Origin: Sminthopsis crassicaudata
Taxonomy: Eukaryota
Assembly: GCF_048593235.1 (NCBI RefSeq)
Contig: NC_133621.1
Span: 301,515,146 to 301,579,145 of the forward strand
Direction of reading: 5' to 3'
Length of the DNA: 64,000 nt
Part shown: piece by piece, positions 13,641 to 25,111 of the stretch
How positions within the stretch are numbered: position 1 is the first letter of the stretch
How the letters are laid out: every line of letters begins with the position of its first letter
The notes under the pieces: generated by a model
What the model saw: the letters and a program-made list of their open reading frames with translations, nothing else
What the model was told of the DNA's origin: nothing
The model's database searches: none
Program-made: the position numbers and the translations under genes

Positions 13641-14129
13641 TGTTATACGTCATTTGTAATATATGGAATGTTTTTCTCATTGGCCCCTGGAATGGGCAGA
13701 TATTTAGCTGTGAAGTGAATGCAAGGATATGGAGACAAGTCACTTGACAAAATTGCTTTCCGGAATAATATCATTTCAGACTTCTAGAATAATGCCTCCC
13801 TCCACAATCCTTCAAACATTGACTGTTCATCTCTTAACGTTTGCTAATTTCCTGAAGAGCTAAATTCATGTGGTTATTAGTAGTTTAATAGCAATGGTTG
13901 ATAGTTCTTTGAAGAAATGTTCATATCATCGATCTCTTAATTCTGAATTTAATGAATTTTAAAAAGCATTTTCACAGGCCGAATAAAACAGAAAAAGAAA
14001 ATCACAGCTGAGCACAATTATTTTGGACATTAAATTCTGTCCCCATCAAATAGTATCAAATTCCAAGTTGTAAAACATGGTAATTGGTTCCAGCTCAATG
14101 GAAATAAATAAAAATCCCATTAAAAATTT

Positions 14130-14285
14130 ATCTGTTTATTAACATAACAGCAAAGGATAAGAAAATGTATATATGAGTCAAGCTGATCATTAAATAATAG
14201 TTATACAACTTAAGCAAAGTGGCAGGATACAAAATAAATCCACATAAATTATCAGTATTTCTCTGTTGCCAACAAAGTCCAACAC
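14130..14285 (+). mobile_element. LINE-1 ORF2 (RT region) fragment
   Basis: agcaaagtggcaggatacaaaataaatccacataaa encodes SKVAGYKINPHK, an L1 RT motif. Confidence 0.7.
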
Positions 14286-15990
14286 TAAGCACAAGTAATT
14301 GTTCTATTTGATCCTTATAACAACCTTGGAAGGTAGTTGTTATTGTCTCCTGCCCCTTCCCTCTTCCCCCCCTTTTTTTTAAATTGAGAAACCTGAATAT
14401 CAAAACATAAAAATTGAACTTTTGGTATCCCCTGTGCTAGAACAACACCTTGCCCACAGATAAGTTTATTTGCAGGATGATAAAATCAAAAATCTCATAG
14501 CTTCTTTGCATTCTGTTGTACCTTAGGGCAACCTCCTGAGTGCTAAGGTTCTTCTTTTAGCACAGTATCTCTAGACAGTTAAATGGAGAGGAGATTGTAG
14601 GGTTCAATTAATTGGGATGATAAGTCTGGTCTGGATTAAATCCAATCCTTGTGTTGGGCACAAGTAGGTAGGTTCCTTGGCTGTATAAATAAGAATAATT
14701 TTTAAATGGTTAAATATGTTTATTTCTAAGTATATTTCTCAAAGTTATGTTTAAAAAGAGATTTTTAAAATGGGCAAGGTGATTGAAATATATTCATGTC
14801 CTCCCTTTTTACTGTCATAGTTATGATTAGTTTAAACTTAGGTGAAGCACTCTTTAATCATCTTAGTTTGCATATAGTATTATCTGATTGGTAACCCATT
14901 CTCTCCTTTTTTTTTTCCACTCCATTCTTGAGAGCTGCATGGTAGATTAAGAGAAATTAGGTCTGTTTGGGGCTAGAGGTCTTATCTTTATTGGAATGGA
15001 GGGTGAGCATCTATTCATTTCTTTTTAGCTCCGAGTTATATTTCTTAGGTTATGACATAGTGAATGCATGATCTTAGTAGGTGTGGTTGGTGAGAAGGTG
15101 AGGCTTTCAAAGCCAAAATGATAGGCCTGCTCCAAGAGTCCAATTGTCTTTTCTTCTATCAAAGTCTGTTGCACAACCCTTGTCTGTATTCTGCAGACTA
15201 GCCAGCCATCTTCTGTGAGGCCGGGAAATTCCTATAAGTGTGTAATTCTTCCCATGAGATATTGCCAAAGCCATCTCTGCTGAATGCTAATGTTTGTTCC
15301 TGATGATGTAGAACATTTATTGAGCACCTAGAACATATAAGGTGCTATTGTATGAAGCTCAGTGTTTCTTTTTTTTTTCCTCACCAAGTGCTAATAATCT
15401 AGAGCGAAACCCTACAATGCAAATGTAGAACTTAGCTTTCACTTAATGGGGAAAAATAGTGTAATTTTTTACAACAATTTATTGTCTATAATCTTTCTCT
15501 CTGTGCTTGGTTTGGCTGTCATTACCTTTTTTTTTTTCTCAGTGAAGGCAAACAAGCATTCATGTTGACCCCATCCCCAAAGCTTATTCTTGAGCCCATC
15601 CTTGAGCTGTCCTTTTTTAATCTAATAATTATTAGCATTTTGTCATCTTCAAGGTGTTACTTCATCTACTTTCTTACATTTCTTTGTCATTCAGGGTCTA
15701 TTTTACTATTTCTTTAGCCATTCTACCATCAAAATATTTAAATTCATCTTTTCTCTGTTATAAATAGCACAACTTATGACACTCTGAAGTCTTTCACGTG
15801 TATTCCTTGTGGGCTCATTGTGTCAGGAAGTGAATGTGGTGCATCCCGTACATTCATAGGGGCTTGGTTTACGGTTCTGGTTCCATGAGACTAGAAATGT
15901 GGAAAGCTGAACATGTTCAGTAGTAAAAAACCATTGTTCTGGGTCTCCTCATTTTCTAAGCCTTAATTTTCTGTTGTTTTTCTCTTCTAG

Positions 15991-16653
15991 ATTTTGGATC
16001 CTTGTTTGACTTAGAACACGACTTACCAGATGAATTAATCAACTCTTCAGAATTGGGACTTACCAATGGTGGCGACATTAATCAGATCCAGTCAAGTCTT
16101 AGCATAGCACAAGATGCTGCCTCAAAACATAAACAGCTTTCTGAATTGTTACGGGCCTGGCAGTTCCCCGAATCTCAATATGGGAGTCGGTGGTCCTGGA
16201 CAAGGCATGGCTACTCAAGCCCAGCAGAACAGTCCTGGAATGGGAATATTGAATAGCATGGTCAAAAGCCCCATGGGCCAGGCCGGCTTGACTTCTCCGA
16301 ACATGGGAGTGGGTGCCAGCGGGCCAAATCAAGGTCCTTCCGCACAGTCTGCCGCGGGTATGATCCCAGGAGTGAACAGTCCGGTTAATCAGCCTGGACT
16401 CGGGATGAACACAGGCATGGGTGCTGGCATGAATCCTGGCATGTTAGCTACAGGCAATGGGCAGGGGATGATGCCAAGTCAAGTCATGAACGGTTCCATT
16501 GGAGCGGGCAGAGGGAGACCGAACATGCCATATCCAAACCAAGGCATGGGAAGTGCAGGCAATTTACTGGCTGAGCCGCTGCAACAAGGCTCTCCCCAGA
16601 TGGGAGGACAAGCTGGATTAAGGGGTCCACAGCCTGGAGGAGCTTTGGGCAAG
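15991..16653 (+). CDS. EP300: EP300 exon 2 (N-terminal LxxLL/NR-interaction region); contains an apparent +1 insertion near 16153-16158
   Basis: ttctag|ATTTTGGA ... GGCAAG|gtaagg. (D)FGSLFDLEHDLPDELIN..KHKQLSELLR, then GSSPNLNMGVGGPGQ..GLRGPQPGGALGK in a shifted frame. 663 nt; 662 is needed for phase consistency. Confidence 0.93.
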
Positions 16654-17593
16654 GTAAGGGGGTGGGGTTAATTTTAACTCTCTCTGGGTCATTATTTAGC
16701 ACTACTCAATTATTAGGTCACATCTACTCTTTCTCTCAGCTGTCAAAATGGTATCCACATGGGTTTGAACTAGTCATTTTGCTGTCCCCAAACTCATCAC
16801 ACACCGCTCTGCTTTTGCCTAAAACATAAAGTATATGTTCTGACCAAACTGACCTACTGTTAGCCATCTTAATGCTCCTACACAGGCCACTCGCCACATC
16901 TGGATTGCAGCCCATCTCACCACTGCATCTCAAATCTTTAACCTTCACCTCCTTCACTCCATGTAGTGCATCTGTTATGTGTATGTGTACATGTGATTTT
17001 TCCCCAACATAGTGGAAGCCAAGAGCACAGTGTTGCTTTTAACGCGGAATTGTGGCTCAGGTGTTTAAAATGGCATCTTTTTGCTAGCTGAAAGTCACTT
17101 CACCCTGTTTGCCTCAGTCACCTCATATTTAAAATGAGCCCAAGAAGGAAATGGCCACTCCAGCATCTTTACCAAGAAAACCCTAAATAAGAACAACTGG
17201 AAAAAACACAACAGCAATAAAGATTTATTAGATCAAGGCAGGTCATACCTCCTCGAGAGATAGTCACACATAATATAGAATATTTTTGTAGAAAAAAGAG
17301 CAGAACTGGACAATACATTGAAAAAAGTCAAAATCATAGGTATGAATGTCCAAGTGTGGAACTCCTTCTACCAAAAGGTGACCAGGGCTGTCTTCCCCAG
17401 AGCTCCTTTGAGAGGCCAAACTTTCTCTCTGTTTGGAAGCATTCAATTTCCCCCATTATTGTCTCTGTGCTGCCTTCACCCTGAAACCATTGGCCTAAGT
17501 CTTCCCAAGCTTCTCTTGTTGATGTTCAGTGATTTTTTTTTCAGTGTTCCAACTCTCCAAATTGGAGTAGTTTGTCATTTCCTTCTCCAGCTC

Positions 17594-17733
17594 ATTTTAT
17601 AAATGAGAGAACCCAGTCAAACAGGACGAAGTGACTGGTTCAGGGTCACACAGCTAGGAAGTCAGGGTCAGATTTGATTCAGGTTCTCCCAACTCCAGGA
17701 TTGGTACTCTACACTGCCTCACCTAGCTGCCCC
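17594..17733 (-). mobile_element. CORE-SINE (MIR/Mar-like)
   Basis: Antisense head cacctagctgcccc and core cagggtcacacagctag. Confidence 0.8.
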
Positions 17734-17870
17734 AAGCATTAACCCTTTAAGCATTGCCAAGTGCTTTATGTGTGTTAACTCATTGGATCAATGCTATCAA
17801 TATCTTTACAGAGGAGGAAGGCCTTGAGAAAGAGATCTGACCTATCAGAATAGTAAAGCCGCTTAAAAGG

Positions 17871-17873
<3 letters not shown>

Positions 17874-17937
<64 letters not shown>

Positions 17938-17945
17938 GTATGTAT
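17874..17945. repeat. (AT)n followed by (GTAT)n
   Basis: Directly visible. Confidence 0.97.
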
Positions 17946-20508
17946 AAAAGGCAGAAACTCAGATTACTCAGTTTTCTGGCCTTCAATCCAAGATGCTTGT
18001 CAGTCTTTTCATGACCTATAGAAGCAGATTTACTTATTTGCTTTGATTAAGTCAGTTCTCATATTTCCTTTCGTGCAATATTAATCACTGAAATATTTGG
18101 GAAAATTTAGCAAAGTGGAGATTTTCCCAGATGCACTGCTTATGTGATTTAATTAGTTATAGTTGCAGGATTAAAATCATTGGTTATTTGTGGAAAACAA
18201 AATAAATTTTGATGGAGTTGAGGTGGGCAGATAGTAGTAATGGGTGATGTAATAAATGGGGTTTTTGATCCAGCAATGTGGGGCCTGAGGAATAAGAATT
18301 GTTGAATCCTGTAGTTTGCAGCTTTAGTGATGTTTTTGCTCGCTGAAATTTTACAGAATTCCTGAAGTATCTGCCAGGCAGGTTGAGCCAAGTTTAGAGA
18401 AATGTATCCCAGATGGCCAACTTTCCTAGAGGAACTACACAACCGTATCTTTCCAGTGTCCTCTTGTACAAGAATTGGATTAAAATGATAGAATAAGTAT
18501 TTATTAATAGAAAGGAAGCGAAATGGAGCCCAAATAATCTGCCCCTTCCAATTAGCAAGGCTTTTCAGACTATGATGGTTTAAGATCTATGTAACATGAA
18601 ATGCAGTTACTGTTGAGCTGGAAAAGATGATGTCATATGCTCGTATAATGAATTGGACAAACTATGGCCTTATAAGTTAAGGTTAAATCCCAGTTCTAGT
18701 TTAAGTAAAAATTACCAGTTAAGGCAAAACCTCTCTGAACCCCCTTTTCTTCATTTCTAAACTGCCCACTCTAAATGCATTAATTGCTTGCCTCTCAAGG
18801 TATTTTTTACAAAAGTGCCATGCAAAACCCATAAAATGCTATGGAGATTGTCGTATAACTCATTCTGAATAAAGCTACTGAAGTTTTTAAGCTTTTTACA
18901 GTAACAATAAAATAATGTAATTTCCATTAACCATTTGTTATATTAAAAAGAGGTCAGAAAAGGAAACATAAGCAAAGGGACTAAAATTAGACTTCATTTA
19001 ACTCCTGATTCTTAAGATGTATATTTAATTTATGATACCAAAAGGGCAGTCTTAATAATTATTGTTGGTAACAAGTATTTGTGGTCCGCTCTTTCACTCT
19101 CATTGATGGTTGTGCAGATTAGATAAGGAAGAATCCAACATTGATCATTAGCTCTGTTGTGAAAGAACTGCCTCTATTTCTACCATGAGCCCCAAGTTGG
19201 GACTTAACAAAATGGGGGAAAAAAAGAGAATATAGACATATAAGGGGGCCAGGAGGAGACATCTAACTACTTAAACCACAATCACAAAAGAGAACAATAA
19301 CATTTTCATTTAAATGCAATTTTAAAAGTTTTACAACCAGGTTGAGAAGAGAAAGTAGAAATTGGGCAAGGAATTAGGCAAAATCTTTAATATTTGTGAC
19401 AGCATGAAAAATGTGAAATCTATTCAAAATAAAAGAACTTTTTACCTATCAGTGGTCAAGAAACTGTTAACCATTTCAGAGATTACATTAATCATCGGAG
19501 AATTTCAAACGGCTACACAACCCAAAATTGTCCAAGAATAGTAAAGGTAGGGTAGGTAATGTTGGTTGACCTCACTCAGCCATTCTGAGATAGGATTTTA
19601 GATCAGTAGCTTATGAACCAGAGTTGGGGTAAAGAAGTTTCCACCAGTAAGGAATGCTAAATGGTCTGGATATAGTAGAATATTAGTGCAAAGTGTCAAA
19701 CTGATGTAGGCACAGGAACTGTAGATTCAGTGACCACAAACATGGGAAGAAACCAACCAGAATGCTCTGTAATTAGTGACCAGGCTTGGTCACAGAAGAA
19801 TGTGCTTCTTTTCCCTTCTTAGCACATACTAACAGACTGACTCAAACTGGATTTTGGAATTTCCTTTATGCTACAAAGAACAGCTTGCAGGGTACAGGAA
19901 TATGCTGTATTTTGAAATGAAAATGAGTTTAAAACAAAAACTAACAACTGAAGAACATATTGCCAAATCGGGTCCCAATACTGAATACTCAATACTGAAG
20001 AGCATAGTTTCTGCAAAGGCAACTGAGTTTAACCAATGGGTCCAGACCCCACCTCTGATAATGAAGAGCTTTCTGTTCCTGGTGAACTGGTATTTGTTAA
20101 CTAAATAGATCGATCTTGGGGACCAAGTAATCCCATCTCAAATTGCTGTAGCATCCCCCCTTAATAACAAAGAGATCCTAAATAATTGATCATCGGTTCT
20201 TGAGAACCCTGCTCACCTTGAGTGTGAAGGTAGTTAGATCTTGTAGCTGCCTCTTTGTGTTGTAAATACTTTACATTTTTTTGGAAGTAATTTTTTTTTT
20301 TTTTTAGTTGTGAAGGCTCTCTACAGAACCAGAAGCCCTTTATAACAGCCATTTGGGGATGTGCAGAGAAGGAGTCCCCCCTTTGGAAAATCCTTCATGA
20401 CAGGAAAGAAACATTTAGTGGGTGGTTGTTTTTTTTTGTTTGTTTTTTGTTTTTTTTGTTTTTGTTTTTGTTTTGGTTTTTTTTGCCAGTATAGATGATG
20501 GTCTAGAC

Positions 20509-20692
20509 CAAGGGTTCTCAAACTACGGCCCAAGGGCCAGATGCGGCCCACTGAGGACATTTACGTGGTCCTTTGGCTTATGGCAAATGGGCTGAGGGGC
20601 GGAGACAGAGCGTGAATTTTTACTATAGTCTAGCCCTCCCACAGTCTGAGGGACAATGAACTGCCCCCCAAATTTAAAAAGTTTGAGGACTG
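20509..20692. mobile_element. Non-autonomous hAT (Charlie group) MITE, OC1/OposCharlie1-like
   Basis: Perfect 8-bp TSD GTCTAGAC (20501-20508, 20693-20700), matching the NTCTAGAN Charlie target preference. Imperfect TIRs CAAGGGTTCTCAAACT / AGTTTGAGGACTG. Sub-terminal ACGGCCC..GGGCCAGATGCGGC as recalled for OC1. Confidence 0.85.
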
Positions 20693-22213
20693 GTCTAGAC
20701 CTTAACCTTAATTGTCTAGTCTGTGACCCACTTTTTAGTTTTTCAGGTACTGAAAGTTTGGTGAACTATCATTTCCATCATTATAGCTTACTTGGGGTTC
20801 CACATCAGTTTGTGTCTCTGAATTCCTTGAAACTCTTTTGGGTTCCTGTGATTTGAGGTGGAATCTCTTCATTATTTATTAGGGGAAGATAGTGCTTTTA
20901 TTTCCAGCTTAAACAGGGCAATTTCCAAAGGTTTGCTTGAGTCCCTTGCACCAGCTCAGAGTAATTGTTCATTCTGAATGAACATTTACAAAGGGATTTT
21001 TAGTGATGTGACTCAAGAATATTATTAGAAAAAGAAAGCTAAAAATGCAGATTAACCCTAAAATTGTGTTGTCCATTAAAGAACCAGCCTCCACCTGACT
21101 ATTTGATTCCCTTCCCCAAGTTATTTCTGGTTGGCTTGGGGCACTAGCATGTGAATTCAACCTTTAATCTTTAAATAAATATTTGTTGATAGTTTTTTTT
21201 CTAATGCTTAGGTCACTTCTCCCCTACTCCCTGATCTCCTTTGATATAGTTTGAATATATTCACTTTCTTAACTTAGAAGGGAAGAAGAACCGTTCCTCA
21301 CGTTCTCCTGGAGCAGGACATTCGTGATCATGGAGAGGGCCCCTGTCTCTTCCCTCTTCATGGATGGGAGTGGTCTTTCTATTTTAGGTAGCTCTGCCCT
21401 TTCTATTACCAATTACCCTTTAAGCAGATCTCCAATTTAAGCTGGGCCTTGGCAAGACTCCAGCTCCTCCCTTGGATTTGTCAGGGTTTGAGGCACAGGT
21501 CAAATTTGAGTGCCCTGTAATCCCTAAATAGCCTCTAGAAAGTTTCTGAACTTATTTTCTCCCTGTTTGAATCCTTGGGATCTTTCCCTTTTTTCTCAAG
21601 TTACACATCCTTCCATTATACACGGTCCCAAGTACACGGTGTTTACAATCATTGGCTGCTCACCTGGACTTGCCTTAGAGCTTAAAGTTGAGGTTGTAGG
21701 GATTTTCTTAGCTGCACACTTAGTGTATGGCGAACTTGAGTTTGAAGGGACTTCATAGGTATGGCTCTAAACTGGGAATGGCTAGTCACTGTGCCCTAGA
21801 GTAACTCAAGTGGATTTGTGAACACAGCACAAAAAAGCATACAGTGGGGAAAACAGGGAGAATAATAAGCACTTTGGAGATTATATGAAGCCTTAATATC
21901 TGCCAAGGTACCTTTGTGTGTGTTGGGGAGGGGGAGTTATTGAGTCTATTTAATGTATTGCCTTAAACTCTGTTGGGCTATAGAAATTTTTTTCCCCCTA
22001 TAGATCTGTGATTATCTTTTTATAAACCATAAAACACATGATTTTTAATTAGTAGATTTTTTTCCCCTCAAACATTTTCTAGTTTATAGATGGTTAAGAA
22101 ATGCTTTTTCTTGCAAAAAATGATTTCATTAATTAGGGGATTTTTTAGAAAAGATGAAATGGTTATGTAGTCGGTACATTGACTTCAATTCTTGTCTTCT
22201 TTATCATTACTAG

Positions 22214-22390
22214 ATGGGAATAATGAACAATCCCAATCCTTATGGTCCACCGTACAGTCAGAACCCTGCTCAACAGATTGGAGCTGCTGGAATTGGACCC
22301 CAGATGCAGAACAAGGCTGGAATGCCCAACAGCTTGCCCCAGTTTCCAATGGACAAAAAGCCTGTTCCTGGAGCAGGGATGCCTAACATG
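22214..22390 (+). CDS. EP300: EP300 exon 3
   Basis: tag|ATGGGAATA ... AACATG|gtaggt; 177 nt; MGIMNNPNPYG..PGAGMPNM. Confidence 0.95.
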
Positions 22391-23860
22391 GTAGGTAATG
22401 TTCTGTGATAAGTTGGGATTAAGATTATTGCCTTCTCTTCCAGGGTTGAGGGTGGGAAACCAACACTCTCCTTGCCACTGGGAGGGCGGGGAGGGGGCCA
22501 TCTCCCTGTTCTGAAATATGAAAAAATTGAATTGTGCATAAATATGCATAACTTGCCTTTCTCTGCTTTTTCATTTTTTCTTTGAACACAAGCGTGGTGC
22601 TGTGTCCCAGAGCCTGGCAGGTGCCACACTGGGATTATGGGGCAGTGGTTGGAATTAGGAAGGAGCAATGATAGCATCTCCTCCTCCCTTGTTCCTCAAG
22701 GGTCTTGCCTTGACCAGGTTAAATCAATCAATTAAAGTATACTGTGTTTAAAATCTCCAGGTATAAAGGCAAGATAGATGATAGAAGCTGCTCCTATTTT
22801 ATATAGTACTTTAAAGTTTCTAAAACATTTCCTTCCATGGCACTTCCTTTCCCATGAGGCAAGTATTACAAGTGCTATTTTCATCATTTTACTAGTGAGT
22901 CAAATTAGGACTCCATTTCTCTTTGCCATTCCACATTGGCCGTTTTGAGTTGACAGCTTTTAAGACCTTGCTAACAACCTATATCTGCTAGATATTAAGT
23001 CAAGGGATGTGTTCTTCCCCCTTTTCTTAGGGGAGGAAGTTGGACTGAGTAAGAATTCCTCACTTTTAATGTCTTCCCGTGACTTTTGTTTGTTTTGCTT
23101 TTACTCTATTATTGCTCTTTGTGCCTGTGTAAGTGTTTTAGGCTTCAGATGCGAAAGAATCCTTCCTTCATTCTACCTCCTCTTCTTCCAAGAATGACAT
23201 TAGAAGCGTATTTGTTAGGATCAAGACACCCGCTTAAGAGAGAAGTGGGACTGGCCTGCACTTGTGAGCCAGGCCTTTGTCTCTCTCCCCTGTTAGCTTC
23301 TTGAAAGCAGGGACAGTGCCTGCATACAGTAGGTGCCTAAAGAAATGCTAGTTGGCTGACCTCAGATTAAGTAGTTCTCCACTCCCTCCCCACTCTTTTC
23401 CCCCATTAACTTCTTCACCTGTATAGAATGTGCCTGTGTCACCAAAACACCAGTCACTTCCCCTATAATTTGGGGTCCCTCGTTTCCTTAGGAGAATGAA
23501 TACCATGACGATTTTTTCTTTGATACCTAATTAATTTTGTAAGATTTCAAGAAAAGAAACTCAGTTTTCCTTCAACTGTCCCTAGCTTCCGAGAATCCCA
23601 TTTTATCTTACTTTTTCTGTCAAGTCTTAGGAGGAACAACATTTCGAGGAGCTATCACTTTGTTGTCTTTGACATCCTAGAAATTCTCTTACATCTTAAA
23701 GTAGGTAAAGGCCTAAATCCACAGTGCCAGGACTTAGCTGCACCTGTGGGAAGGGAGCTTCACTTGTACTGAGGGAGGGCCAGGACGGGCTGCTCAGAGT
23801 CCCCCAGTCCCACCGTAGTGTTAGAGAAATGAGGGGGATGGTGCAAGGAACGGACACTAA

Positions 23861-24154
<294 letters not shown>

Positions 24155-24989
24155 TAGAGTGGGTGCTTAGGCATTATCCAGAGCAATCAGTAGATGAGAT
24201 CAGGGGCTCTTCCCAGGCACACTGTCAGCCAAACAGCTCCTGTTGCACCTGTGGGGTCTCTTGGTAAAGGAGCTGTGTGGAGAGTAAGGGAAGCGGGGTG
24301 TCGGGGCTGCAGTGGGTTCCCAGGGGGAAGGGAGCCCTGTTGGCGTAAAGAATGGCAGCATTGGGGGTGGGCAGAAAAGCAGAGGAGGCTTCTGTGGTCC
24401 TGAGGTTAGCTAGCCCCTAGGCCATGCCATCCTTTCCCTAATCCCACTGATATCTAAATATAGCGTACATTACTTAATGTTGCCTCCTCTTTGGCACAGG
24501 ACTGTAGCCCCTCTTCTGAGGGGAAGTGAGTGTGTTACTATATTTGTTAATGAGCACACCTGCAGGGCAGTAGGGGATGGGATGGGTCCTGCAGTGGGGC
24601 AAGACCTGTGTGGAGACGGGTTTAGGGGGACTGTCCCCTCCTGTGCACTCTCCATTTGTGCTAGAGGAGCTGAGTTTTGCTTTGCACAGAGCTGACTCTA
24701 GTTCCCATTAAGAGCCTCTCTCCTGGGCTGAGGCATGGACCTCCAAGGTAAGAATTGCTGGCTGAAGCCCTCGGTTTTCGCACAGCCTGCTGCCACTCAG
24801 CAAACTTTGGCTTTGCCTTCGAGGCCTGCGCCTCTAGCACAGTTATGACATGCATCTAACAAACTCGAATTCCAATTTCTGCTGTGGCCACTTGAGCTTA
24901 GTAGACAGAAAGCTAGATAATATTACTGCTTTCTATAAACATTTGCTCAGAAACAGAACATAGGGTCATGGGGGGGCAGGGGGGAAGAG

Positions 24990-25111
24990 TCAATTGGGGT
25001 GAAATGACTTTGCCCAGGGCCACACAGCTAGTAAGTGTGAGGCTGGATTTGAACTCCGGTCCTCCTGACTCCAGGGCCAGTGCTCTATCCACTGTGCCAT
25101 TTAGCTGCCCC
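24990..25111 (-). mobile_element. tRNA-derived CORE-SINE
   Basis: Antisense head gtgctctatccactgtgccatttagctgcccc; B box atttgaactc. Confidence 0.9.

Noticed and set aside
13190-14285. Twin-primed (5'-inverted) L1 formed by an old minus-strand L1-like tract and the plus-strand RT fragment
   Set aside because: Too degraded to find a TSD or a junction; they could be independent insertions.
1-15990. EP300 exon 1, promoter or CpG island
   Set aside because: No MAENV-like coding start and no CpG island; the region is AT-rich and repeat-rich, consistent with intron 1.
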